From: Octopus vulgaris
Taxonomy: Eukaryota
Length of the DNA stretch: 64,000 nucleotides
NCBI GenBank assembly: GCA_951406725.2
Contig: OX597815.1
Span: 73,284,001-73,348,000 of the forward strand
Direction of reading: 5' to 3'
The notes below the pieces were generated by a model. It was not told where the DNA came from, made no database searches, and was given only the letters and a program-made list of their open reading frames with translations. A program made the translations under genes and the position numbers. The number at the start of each line of letters is the position of its first letter. Positions within the stretch are counted from its first letter, which is position 1. Shown here piece by piece: positions 1 through 11,574 of the stretch.

Positions 1-269
1 TCTCGATGCAGAAAGATAACAAAGCATGCGGTTTAGATTGAGTCACCAGGTGTATTCGAAGATATTGCCGAGATCTTAGGACTAAGATGTTCCTGCAATC
101 ATCTCCACCTATGAAACTGGTGACAATACACCCCATACGTTGGTTAGCCATAAAGACGCTGATAGCTGGCATTTTGTTTTTTTCTCCAAATCTATTTCCT
201 TGATGAACCGTCGATGTAGCAAGGATTATATTCTGACATAAATCTTTTTGTCTGGAATGTTCGTGAAAA

Positions 270-490
270 ACGCTCATGCCTTTATGCAGTTGTGGCAAGT
301 TCCGTGCAGAAATAGAGCAGCCACAAAACGGCCCCGTACAGAAATAGCATCTTCGTCTATAGAAATGTTTTATTCATGAAGGTAGCTATTTGCTCATTGT
401 AAAGGGAGCTGCACCGAACCCTATTTTTCTACTGTTCCAGACAATCATAGAGCAGTAGTGAGGACTGTTAATCTATTTCATTTCTCTCGG
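270..490 (-). pseudogene. Possible piggyBac-like transposase relic (highly decayed)
   Basis: Minus-strand translation across stops gives SYLHE*NISIDEDAISVRGR and CIKA*AF, resembling piggyBac motifs (isiDE.mi.fkGR; GiK.w). Confidence 0.35.
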
Positions 491-850
491 TTGCTTCCAG
501 AGAATAAGCTTGACTGATTACCTATTGTATATTTAATGAAGTGTTTTCATGGAGTATTAGCTATAAATGACTAGATGAGACAAATGCCTAGATAGTAAAT
601 GCCTGACTAGAGGGTCATAGAAGCGGCAGAAGGACAATCTGAAAACCGTTTGAAAGTAGTGGCGGTGGTGGTGGTGGTGGGGCATTATGACTCTTTTAGA
701 AGTAAAAGTCATTGCAACTTGCAGTTCATTTTGGCTCTCCAATTATTGGTGGGTACTCTGAATTACGTCTGATTTCTCCAAATATTTGCATGCCACGTCT
801 GTACCATTGAAGATACGGGATGAGGAGAAGCAAATCTCGTCAGTATTACC

Positions 851-1062
851 TATTTCTTTACTACCCACAAGGGGCTAAACACAGAGAGGACAAACAAACG
901 GATTAAGTCGATTATATCGACCCCAGTGCGTAACTGGTACTTATTTAATCGACCCCGAAAGGATGAAAGGCAAAGTCGACCTCGGCGGAATTTGAACTCA
1001 GAACGTAACGGCAGACGAAATACGGCTACACTTTTAGCTCGGCGTGCTAACGTTTCTGCCAC
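851..1062 (-). mobile_element. tRNA-derived SINE, family B (Nin/Deu-like core), tail type 1
   Basis: Core GCCTTTCATCCTTTCGGGGTCGAT..TAAGTACCAG on the minus strand; B-box-like GAGTTCAAATTCC; perfect 15-bp TSD CTCGTCAGTATTACC at 836-850 and 1063-1077. Confidence 0.9.
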
Positions 1063-1292
1063 CTCGTCAGTATTACCATGAGTGACATGAATAAAAGCTT
1101 GTACTCCGAGTTACATACGCTCATACGCGCCCCCCCTCCCCCAATGTTTATTTGTCACATCTACGAGTGAAACTGTACATGAAGGATTGGGTCGTGCGGT
1201 ATCAAAAGTCGACAAAGTAAAAAAGAAATAGTCAGCGTAAGGTGACCATTTCGACGGATAAGCATTAGCAAGCTTCCATGCGTGCGTCCACC

Positions 1293-1338
<46 letters not shown>

Positions 1339-2029
1339 CGTGTGTGTGTATGTGTGTGTGTATGTGCGTGTGTGAGTTTAACGTCAATGAAGCAAAATTC
1401 GATGCCGTTATTTATTCTTCGATTTATTATCGGTGTTTAAGTTGGCTTTCACCAATTTTGGCCAATAATGTATAAACAGATATCACACGATGTTTATATA
1501 AAGGTGCCAGACGACAAAATTGTCTAACCAATCTTTCTTTCTTCTATTTTTTTTATTTCTTTCTTCTGTTTTTGGCAATTGTTGTCAAACGAACTAAAGC
1601 AAATGGTGCAAAAACAAAAACGAAACAAAAGGCTTGTAGATTTTAAATTACCTCTTCTTCAGGTCAGTTGTTAACAGCCTAAGGTGGACATTATGTTTCG
1701 TTTTTCTTGTTGTTGTTGTTGTTGTTTTCATTTTACTCAGTTGGTAGTTTTCATTGACATAATCATTTGTTCTCTTTCTTCCGTATAAGGGGGAAGATAT
1801 AGCAATATGTGTTAAGAATCTCGATTTACAACAATGTGGTTTCAAGTTTGGTCCTATAGCAAGACACCTTGAGGAGGTGTCTTTTAATATAACCTTGGGA
1901 TGGTCAACACCTTGTGGATAGACGGTAACTCTGTAGAATCCTGTCGTATACTCTGTATGTGTGTGTGTGTTTGTGTGTGTGTGTATGTGTGTGTTTGTGT
2001 GTGTGTGCGCGTGTGTGTTTGTGTGTCTA

Positions 2030-2605
2030 TGTGTGTTTGCCCCCACCATCCCACCACTTGACAGCAAGTGTTGGATTGTATACGCTCTTCCAAAATTTAG
2101 CGGTTCGGCAAAAGATATTGACAGAATAAGTAGGGAGTAACCAGTCTTTAAAATAAGTACCGGAGTCCACTTGTTCAACTACACCAGGGGTACTCAACCA
2201 TCTTTTATCTATGGACCCCTTTGATTACTATTTTATTCTGGTGGACTCCCATAACCATTCGATGTTTAAATATTAGTTTTATAGATACTTCTTTCAAAAT
2301 TCCTATTTTGCTTTCCACACATTAACTTATGTAGGTTGAACTACGTAAAATGTTAGGGAAAGAAACCTAACTGTTTCTTGCAATATATACCAATTTATAC
2401 ATCTAAAGCAAAATTTTTCAAGGGCCCTCAAAATACTATTGTGGATCTCCAATTTACTATATTGTTGTGTGGACTCCCAGAAATCTTTTATAGACCTTCA
2501 GGGGTCATATGGACACTGGTTGAGAACCAGTGGACTAAACCCTTGAATGCAGTACCCCAGCATGGCTGCAGTCCAATGACTGAAGCAATAAATGGTAAAA
2601 GAAAC
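2030..2605 (+). mobile_element. SINE family A, 3' half, interrupted by a MITE
   Basis: Matches the 3' half of the full copy at 5312-5704 (TTAGCGGTTCGGCAAAAGA...CCAGCATGGCTGCAGTCCAATGACTGAA). Confidence 0.75.
2185..2532. mobile_element. hAT-like MITE inserted in a SINE tail
   Basis: Imperfect TIRs CAGGGGTACTCAACCA / TGGTTGAGAACCAGTG; degenerate 8-bp TSD AACTACAC (2177-2184) / GACTAAAC (2533-2540). Confidence 0.75.
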
Positions 2606-2654
2606 ACATCTGCTTTCCCCTTTCTCTCTCTCCCCTCCCCTCCCTCTCTCTCTC

Positions 2655-3023
2655 TCTCTCTGTATATAAACGGCAAAATGTGTGTGTGTGTGTGTGTGTC
2701 CTTTATACAAATCCACAATTTTTCAGTTAGAGGGCTCGCACTTTCTATGGTCATTCAAACCGTCTAAGGGTGGTTGTGCACATCTTTACATTTCCCCAGT
2801 CACCCCGCAAAGCCATTAAAAAATCAATAGAAATGACTTTTTTGTGAATTTTCTATCCAAAACCCAATTAAAATCCCCGAAACTTGATACGCCAATTGAA
2901 TGCCAGCAAGCTGTATGTAATTGGTCGGAGATTTGGACAGTACTCGCGTGTATGTGCGCATGCACGCAGCTGTATATGCATGCACTAGCACTATGACCTG
3001 TCGTTGCCGGGTCATAGTGCTAC
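2655..3023 (+). mobile_element. Non-autonomous Helitron-like element
   Basis: Starts TC..TATATAAA followed by (GT)n; ends with a hairpin TAGCACTATGACC (2986-2998) / GGTCATAGTGCTA (3010-3022). Confidence 0.5.
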
Positions 3024-3349
3024 TGTATATATATATATATATCTTTCTCCTCTTTTCTCACCCGTATACATGTACACACAAGCATCCAAGTTCACAAAGC
3101 CCAGCCAATATCAACGGTCACCTCTGATATGAAAATAAACGATACATTCGGTATATTGTTTGTATACAAATACATAGGTTCAATGTTTATCTTTAGGTTG
3201 TTTGTAGGTTCTTAAGAGAGTTGAAACCGGTCGCTAAAAAAGACTTTTAAAGTTAAGAGAGTTTCTGGGAGGTTGTAAATATGTGATTGACTTGGTGTGT
3301 TAGTTGAGGCGTCAATGCATATATCAAGCGTGTGCATCTCTTCATCTAA

Positions 3350-4215
3350 AGAAACTCAGATGGAGAATCTTTGGAATGTTTTACGAATCTTCATTGTGCC
3401 ACTAACAGATCGGATTTAGAGAATAGGTGTCAGATTCTTTAGCTCTTTGTTCGAAAAACCTGATATTTTAGGGGATTTTGTGTGTGTAAATTAGTAGGTG
3501 CCTAGCCTAATGCACCTATTCCGCCCAAAATACCCGGTTTGTTATGTTTCCACCGAATTTCTGTTTTTATTGGAGTGTTCCATCAGTACTCTCTGTTTTT
3601 AAAGGTGTGAATACATGCTGGTTCTGACATGCCTTTGATGTATACGTCAGGACAATCCTTCCTGTGGATAGCATTGTCAATAGTCTTTGCGACTATATCA
3701 TAGCTCAGAGCATGTAGTATCTCATAGACATTTTGGGGCAGCTTCTGATGACGTGTGTGATATCTTCCACGCTGGTATAGCATAGTCGATATTTTCTATC
3801 ACAACGTGAAGGTTTGGTGGTATCGTTGTCTTTCATGTTTATCTGGTATTTAATAGCTATCTCCTGTTCCCGGAGATCGAAAGCCTATCCTTCTAGATAA
3901 GATGTAATGTACTCATCATAGATCCAGGAGAGGCTACTTTTTCTGTTAATGTTGTTGTTGTCCTCTAGCTTACAGGATATGTACCCATACATTGCTTTTG
4001 TTGGTGTGATACATGCTTCTCCTCCAAGCTTTTGTTTAGATAGGCCAGTTCAGCCTCCTTTGGGTCATGTGAGGCAGTCGTATTCTTAGAGAACCTGCTC
4101 GGTGGTTCTTCCTCTACTCTGAAGATGTTGTTGCTCTTACTTTTGAGTATGCATGTAATGTATTCGTTTCTTTCTTTGCTGTTCAGCAAGTGTTGTATGA
4201 GTGACACAATGCAAC
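3350..4215 (-). pseudogene. 3' fragment of an RLE-type (R4-like) non-LTR retrotransposon, decayed
   Basis: Minus-strand translation across frameshifts gives EG*AFDLREQEIAIKY, RLCYTSVEDITHVIRSCPKMS (CCHC-like), WNTPIKT..HNKP (RLE PD region), GIGALG and IRSVSGTMKI.KTFQRF*. Confidence 0.75.
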
Positions 4216-4216
4216 A

Positions 4217-4270
4217 TGTATGTATGTATGTATGTATGTATGTATGTATGTATGTATGTATGTATGTATG

Positions 4271-4301
<31 letters not shown>

Positions 4302-4351
4302 GTAGGTACCTATGTGGGTATGTTTATATATGTAGCTCTATGTATATATAC

Positions 4352-4408
<57 letters not shown>

Positions 4409-4440
4409 CATTTATATACTTTACACACACACACACACAC
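4217..4440. repeat. Compound (TATG)n-(TA)n-(CA)n microsatellite
   Basis: Directly visible. Confidence 0.95.
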
Positions 4441-4657
4441 ATACAGGGGGATTTATACCCGATTTTCTAAAGCTGTCTTCACAGCAATTCACCTGCGTTT
4501 GAGATTTTTCTAATTTCTGAAAATACCTACATACATCTGGGTGTATACATTCATTTCTTCGACTGACTACATACCCTTTGTATACACTTTATATATCATA
4601 TATGCTCCAAACAATAGCTAAAAAAGAAATAATTTTTAAAAATCTCTGAAATGTAGC

Positions 4658-4966
4658 AATAATAATAATCCTTTCTACTAAAGGCTCAAGGCCTGAAATT
4701 TTGCGGGAGGGGACCAGTCAATTACATCAACTCCAGTGTTTCACTGGTACTTAATTTATCGACCCCGAAAGGATGAAAGGCAAAGTCAACCCAGGCGGAA
4801 TTTGAACTCAAACGAAATACCACTATGCATTTTGCCCGGCGTGCTAACGAGTCTGCCAACTAGCCGTATAATAGCAATAATATCTATAATAACAACAACA
4901 ACAACAACAATAACAATAACAACGACGACGACGACGATGACGACGACGACGACGACAACGACAACG

Positions 4967-5001
<35 letters not shown>

Positions 5002-5199
5002 AATGGTTTTAAATTTCGGTACAAGGTCAGCAAATTCGATTACATCGACTCCACTCAACTGGTACTTATTTTATCGACCCCGAAAGGGACGAAATGTAAA
5101 GTCTATCATGGCAGAATTTGAACTCAGAACATGAAGACGGACGAAATGCCGTTAAGCATTTTGCCTAGCGTGCTGACGATTCTTCCAGCTCACCGCCTT
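4658..5199 (-). mobile_element. Two tandem SINE family B copies (4658-4866 and about 5001-5199) separated by (ACA/ACG)n
   Basis: Both carry CTGGTACTTA..TTATCGACCCCGAAAGG and GAATTTGAACTCA; tail type 2 (AATAATCCTTTCTACTAAAGG..AAGGCCTGAAATTT). Confidence 0.8.
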
Positions 5200-5267
5200 C
5201 AATGCTCTCCTAATATAATAATGAGCGTAGTGTTTTTATATATTTGTATGTATTGTATGTATGTACG

Positions 5268-5302
<35 letters not shown>

Positions 5303-5311
5303 ATGTATATA

Positions 5312-5704
5312 TTTTACTTGTTTCAGTCATTTGACTGCGGCCATGCTGGAGCACTGCCTTTAATCGAACAACACGACCCCGGGACTTATTCTTTTGTAAG
5401 CCCATTACTTATTCTATCGGTCTCTTTTGCCGAACCGTTAAGTAACGGGGACATAAACACACCAGCATCGGTTGTCAAGCAATGCTAGGGGGACAAAGAC
5501 AGACACACAAACACACACACGCATATATATACATATATACGACGGGCTTCTTTCAGTTTCCGTCTGCCAAATCCACTCACAAGGCTTTGGTCGGCCCGAG
5601 GCTATAGTAGAAGACACCTGCCCAAGGTGCCACGCAGTGGGACTGAACCCGGAACCATGTGGTTGGTAAACAAGCTACTTACCACACAGCCACTCCTGCG
5701 CCTA
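5312..5704 (-). mobile_element. Full-length tRNA-derived SINE, family A
   Basis: Minus-strand head GCAGGAGTGGCTGTGTGGTAAG (A box) and GGGTTCAGTCCC (B box), then GCACCTTGGGCAGGTGTCTT, an internal (TG)n and tail GACTGAAACAAGTAAAA; many partial copies elsewhere in the window. Confidence 0.9.
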
Positions 5705-5724
5705 TGCATATGTATATGTATATA

Positions 5725-5793
<69 letters not shown>

Positions 5794-5796
<3 letters not shown>

Positions 5797-6178
5797 GAAT
5801 GGAGTTGAACGACGATTTAACAAAATTCCTTTATTCTCGACATATGTTTCGAAGGCTGCATATTCATAATTTCGAAGGAATAAGTGGTGCATTACGCCGC
5901 CTTCTCATCAAGAAAAACAAGGAACTTATGTCAGCATCAAGATGAACAAAAACTCTTAGATGGCTGCCCACACGGAGTCCATTATCGCTATGGACTCCGT
6001 GTGGGCAGCCATCTAAGAGTTTTTGTTCATTTTGATGCTGACATAAGTTCCTTGTTTTTCTTGATGAGAAGGCGGCGTAATGCACCACTTATTCCTTCGA
6101 AATTATGAATATGCAGCCTTCGAAACATATGTCGAGAATAAAGGAATTTTGTTAAATCGTCGTTCAACTCCATTCTTT
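5794..6178. repeat. Near-perfect palindrome with 189-bp arms and a 7-nt loop; probable inverted PLE pseudo-LTR pair
   Basis: 5794-5982 is the reverse complement of 5990-6178 with a single mismatch (G/T); loop TATCGCT; abuts (TA)n ending at about 5790. Confidence 0.95.
6045..6149 (+). ncRNA. Type I hammerhead ribozyme-like motif (U3 variant); mirror copy on the minus strand at 5823-5927
   Basis: Stem I AAGTTCCTT-GT-TTTTC / GAGAA-TA-AAGGAATTT; core TTGATGA (6061-6067); stem II GAAGGC..GCCTTC; GAAA (6122-6125); palindromic stem III ACATATGT; GUC site ending at 6133. Confidence 0.75.
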
Positions 6179-6333
6179 CATTTATTTGTATTAAAAAAAA
6201 CACACACATTTACACACGAAAGCACGTGATCTCTGCTCTTGGCATGTAGCTTCAACCGTGTTTTTCTGACGTGAATTTGCTACCCAGGTATCGGTTAACC
6301 GAATTATCCATACTAAGATAATTCATTCAACTA

Positions 6334-6409
<76 letters not shown>

Positions 6410-6865
6410 TCCAAAATCAGAGTAGGAGTAGGAAAAAGAGTAGTATAGGTGAAGGGAGAGGAGAGAAAATAGTAATTCAGTGAAGGAGTAGTGAGAGTAA
6501 TAGCCCTGACTGAGAGAGAGAGTGAGAGAAAGTAATAGCAGTGGAGAAAGGAAGGGGTGATATATGAATAAGGAAGGGGTGAAAGAGAATCAGTGAGTAT
6601 ATGTGTGGGTATGTAAAAAGGAGGTATGTGAATGTGTGTGTGTGTGTGTGTGTGTGCGTGTAATAGAAATTGGATGGTGAACGTTTAACGCCGAAAAGAA
6701 AAATCAAACAGTGTTTCAACTTTGAGTATATGTGTGCATGTGTGTGCGTGTACAAGGGAAGTATGTGAATGTTTGTATCTGTGATTGTTATGTATCTTAT
6801 TTTATACCTTATTTATATATAAAATACTACAATTAGCCGTCATTTTTACGGCACAGGGTCGGCTA

Positions 6866-6909
<44 letters not shown>

Positions 6910-6915
6910 CCTTTC

Positions 6916-7342
6916 GGATCTTTTCGGTTTGAACGGCAGTTTTTAAAAATAATTCCACGTAACTAAACACTTTTGAACTTCGTATACTGGTAGAATGTGT
7001 TTATAAAACATCTTTTTCTCTTGGCTTTATTGAGAAAATTCTATAGTTTGTAAGATATTTGTTGTATTTTTCTTCAATTTCTGCAATTTCAACCAATCAC
7101 TGACGTCTATTGAGGTAAAAAGCATTCTGTGCCGTATGAATATGTCCCTCGTTTAAGAAACAGATTGGGTTTATTTACATTTCTGAAGAAAAAAGATACC
7201 CTTCCCCCCACTCCAAACCCTAACTCTAACCCTAACCCTAAAATAGATTGAAATGCAATAGATCGAGACTAGGGTCATAATTATGGGTGACAATTTCATA
7301 TGACATCGCTAGAAAAAACTGCCGTTCAAACCGAAAAGATCC
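6916..7342. mobile_element. Merlin-like MITE carrying (CCCTAA)n, inserted into a SINE tail
   Basis: TIRs of about 29 bp, GGATCTTTTCGGTTTGAACGGCAGTTTTT / AAAAACTGCCGTTCAAACCGAAAAGATCC; perfect 8-bp TSD ATCCTTTC (6908-6915, 7343-7350). GG termini plus an 8-bp TSD fit the Merlin superfamily. Confidence 0.8.
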
Positions 7343-7558
7343 ATCCTTTCTACTATAGGTACAAGACCTGAAATTTGCGAGGAGGAGGTAAGTCTATCAC
7401 ATCGACCCCAGCACTTGACTGCTACTTAATTTATCGACCCCGAAAGGATGAAAGGCAAAGTCGACTTCGGGGGAAATTGAACTCAAAACATGAAATCAGA
7501 CGAGATACCGCTAAGCATTTCGTTCAACGTGCTAACGATTCTGCCATCTCGCCGCCTT
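7343..7558 (-). mobile_element. SINE family B, tail type 2; its (AAT)n tail lies at 6866-6910 beyond the MITE
   Basis: Same core and head as 4658-4866. Confidence 0.85.
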
Positions 7559-8184
7559 AATAACAACAAAAACAAACACACAATAATAACAACAAATAAT
7601 AAATAAATAAATAAGTTGGTAGAATAAATTCTAGTTAGGTTTTATGATGTTTCATTTTACATTCTTCTCAAGAGCAAATCCACTGGTCCCACTTAATGAA
7701 AACGCCATTAATCATGTTTAAACTAACGGAGGAGATTAGTGATCTTATACATACGATTAAACACCGCCAAGAAAAGAAATTAAATTGCTATAGATATTCA
7801 AAGATTGTGTGTGTGTGTGTGTGACTGTGTGTTATCGCATGCGTGCGTATTTGTGTGTGTGTATACGTGTGTTTTCGCGTGTGTGCGTATTTGTGTGAGT
7901 GTGTGTGTATATATGTGTGTGCGAATGCATTTAATAAAATACAGGAGTCACACACAAACATAATATAAATAAATATGTAATATGTATATATACATATATA
8001 TAATATACATTTAATCAATATGTATGTGTATATATATATGTATATATATATATATATATATACGCACTCAAACACATGCTTACATATGTAAATATCTGTG
8101 TGTGCGTGTGTGTGTAATACACGGATATACACATTGGCGCACACTCTAAAATACATTCATACGCATGCTCAGTCTTAATTAATT

Positions 8185-8929
8185 ATGCGTGTGTGTGTGT
8201 GTATGTATGTATGTATGTATGTATGTATGTATGTATGTATGTATGTATGTATGTATGTATGTATGTATGTATGTATGTATATATATGTGTGTGTATATGT
8301 ATGTATGTATATATATATATGTATGTATGTATGTATTAAGCTATGTATGTGTGTGTGTGTGTGCGTGCGTGTGTGTGTATGTATGTATGTATGTATGTAT
8401 ATATATACATGCGCGTATGTATGTATGTATGTATGTATTAAGCTATGTATGTGTGTGTGTGTGTGTGTGTGTGCGTGTGTGTGCGTGTATTATTTCTTCT
8501 AATCTCCTACTGTTTCATTCTTAATATTCGTTCACTCTTGCTTTTTTCTACGTTTTTTTTACGACTTCTTTTTACTGTGCTGCGTTTAAATTTCAAAGTC
8601 TGTTAATAAATTTTAATTAAAAATATATTTGTTTTATTCTTATATGCTATTTCCAATGTATTCATTTATTTATATTTATGATTTGAAATATTTTTTATTT
8701 GTTTGTTTATTTCTGTTTTTCCTCCTAACATCCCCGCTTCAGTGTCCCTTGTCATTTATACATTGTGTATGTATGTATGTATGTATGTATGTATGTATGT
8801 ATGTATGTATGTATGTATGTATGTATGTACGTACGTACGTACGTATGTATGTATGTATGTATGCATGCATGCATGTATGTATGTATGTATGTATGTACGT
8901 ATGTATGTATGTACGTATGTATGTATGTG

Positions 8930-8961
<32 letters not shown>

Positions 8962-9630
8962 TGTATGTATGTATGTGTGCATGTATGTATGCATGTATGT
9001 ACGTATGCATGTATGTATGTATGTATGTGTATATGTATGTATGTATGTATGTGTATATGTATGTATGTATGTGTGCATGTATGTATGTATGTATGTATGC
9101 ATGTATGTATGTATGTACGTATGTATGTATGTATGTATGTATGTATGTATGTATGTATGTATGCATGTATGTATGCATGTATGTATGTATGCATGTATGT
9201 ATGCATGTATGTATGTACGTATGTACGTATGTATATACATGTATGTACGTATGTATCGTTATATGTACGTTTGTATGTATGTGTGTATGTTTATATGTAT
9301 GTGCGTATGTACGTCTGTACATTTGTATGAATATGTGTATGTTTGAAAGTATGTATGTTTATATGTACGTTTGGATGTATGTATGTTTATATGTATGTAT
9401 GTATGTATGTATGCTCGTATTATGTACGTATGTACGTATGTGTGTACATATGTGTATGTGTGTGTTATATCTCTGTGCTTATATATGTGTGGATTTGTGT
9501 ATATTACATGTTTCCGTGTGTGCGCGCGCGTGTGTGTATGTCTCAAATATATACATATACATATATATATTTATATATATATGTGTATGTCTCAAATATA
9601 TACATATACATATATATATTTATATATATA
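8185..9630. repeat. Long imperfect (TATG)n/(TG)n/(TA)n microsatellite tracts (8185-8490 and 8765-9630)
   Basis: Directly visible; source of the spurious MYVC/HTYI ORFs. Confidence 0.95.
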
Positions 9631-9663
9631 CAAAACAATTTATAGATTACGAATAATCTGAGC

Positions 9664-9747
9664 GGAGGAGGAGAAGTTAGTGAGAGAGGAGGAGGAGAAG
9701 TTAGTGAGAGAGGAGGAGGAGAAGTTAGTGAGAGAGGAGGAAGTTAG
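9664..9747. repeat. 24-bp purine-rich minisatellite, about 3.5 copies
   Basis: GAAGTTAGTGAGA recurs at 9673, 9697 and 9721. Confidence 0.9.
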
Positions 9748-10840
9748 ACAGGGGAGTTAAAAACTGAGGAACTGAGAAACGAAACGCTTTTTTGCCTTTC
9801 TTCTTTCCTTGATCACTTCTCACTCTTCTTTATTTTCTTTTGTTTCTTTTTTTTTGTCTTTTTGTTGTATTTGTTTCTCTTTTCTCTTGTTCTCTCGGCT
9901 GCCAATCTTTTCGTCACTCTCAGATCAGACGTACTTTGGAGTCGTAGCAGCAAAGACGATGGTGCCTAAACCATTACATTGAAAGCTAGAAACATTAAAA
10001 ATTTATCTTGAAAATATATTTTCATTTATCGTGCTTTGTTGTATGTGCTTTAACGCTTTCATGTGCAGCAAAAACACAGTAACACATACCCCAAAATTCC
10101 TCTTATCGCAAAAAATCACTTCAAAATTAGATAGATGCAAATCCCTTTATTTTTAATGTCTTTTATTATTATTATTATTTATACATCCTCTACACTCCAC
10201 TCTACTCCAACGCCTGTAAAATATTTGAAGGGGAAAAGGAATGGTAAGGAAGGTAGAGCATCAGACTAAAATCTATGTGTATCTTCTGAATTAAAATTAC
10301 GCCCGCTAGTTGGAGCTGTCGTCGCCGTTGACAGAAGCCTTATAGATAAAGTAACAGGGGTCGATCAATCGATTACACACATACCTACACTCACTCACAT
10401 ACACACACACACATATATATACACACACATATATATATATATATACATAAACACACACACATATATAAGTATACATATATTTATATATATATACATATAT
10501 ACACACACACATACATAAATACATATATACATGTAGGTATACACACGCACACAAACACACACACACATATAACTATAAGCATGTGTGTGTCTATGTATTT
10601 ATGTATGCCCTTCCCCTACAATTAGGTGACAAAGAAATAGGTGAAATCATTATTTACTTTGTATTATTATTTTATATATATTTAAATATATATATATACA
10701 CACACATACATACACACATATATATATATACACAAATATAGATGTAGATACACACACATGACTATAAGCATGTACGTATCTATGTATATATGTATCCCCT
10801 TCCCCTACAATTAAGTGACAAAGAAATAGGTGAAATTGTT

Positions 10841-11206
10841 ATTACCTCCACTTTAGCGAAGGCGGAGGTATTGTTTTCAGTCGCGTTTGTTTGTTCGTTA
10901 GTCCGTTGACAAGATATCTCAAGAACCGCTGGATGGATTCGGATGAAACTTTCAGGGATGTTTGGCCTAATGTCTGGCACGAACTGGTTAGATTTTGGGA
11001 TCGATATGGTATCAGAAAAGGATTCTAGATTATTTTTCCGGTTTTTTACCTAATTTTTGAGAGCAGTCAGGTTAATTTCCAGTATTCTGGTTTGTGAGAG
11101 CAGTCTTATTTCAGATATTCTCATTTTAAAAATCGTCTCTGGCTAATCGTTGAGAGGACTTTGATGTTGCCTTGGCGGAGGTTTGTGCTCTCTGAGTGCT
11201 CTTGTT
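10841..11206 (+). mobile_element. Helentron-associated non-autonomous element (HINE/DINE-1-like)
   Basis: 5' ATTACCTCC..GAAGGCGGAGGTATTGTTTT, a GTTT-type microsatellite, 3' subterminal inverted CCTTGGCGGAGGT and terminal hairpin GTGCTCTCTGAGTGC; no TSD, inserted in TT. A second 5' fragment lies at about 16510-16580. Confidence 0.75.
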
Positions 11207-11574
11207 TACTTTATATTTATCTCTCTTAATGCCTCTACTATTTAGAAGCGAAGTGGCCAAGTGGATATGACATTAGACTATCGGCCCATTGACAGTAAGT
11301 CCGAGATCTCAGGAGGCTTTTACGTTGTGCATGTAGATAGTAGCCACAGTTCTTAGCGCTGCAATCAATTTGACCCGTTGGGAATTAGTACCAAATCATA
11401 AGAGAATGGTTCAGGCACAAGACTAGTGCTCAAACCAAGGTTGGATATATCTCATACAGAGCGGCGCACGAAGAAGTAGCCCGTGTTTCGTAACATACCG
11501 TAACTACAGAAATAAATTTACTTTACAATTGCTGGAATGGGTGTAGCTCACCGTTAGCATTGCTATTCAGAAGT

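Noticed and set aside
3191-3238. Hammerhead-like GAAACCGGTC with TTTAG/CTAAA stem
   Set aside because: The CUGANGA-equivalent core is unrecognisable (TTGTTTG); possibly a relic but not supportable.
5640-5704. tRNA gene-like sequence (also at about 36140-36194)
   Set aside because: A and B boxes only, no complete cloverleaf, and contiguous with SINE bodies.
5864-6108. Twin 74-aa ORFs on opposite strands
   Set aside because: An automatic consequence of the palindrome; GTG starts and no recognisable domain.
8185-9661. Long ORFs up to 317 aa (MYVC/HTYI repeats)
   Set aside because: These are translations of (TATG)n microsatellite with no coding signal. The same applies to the poly-I, -N, -D, -M and YI-repeat ORFs elsewhere.
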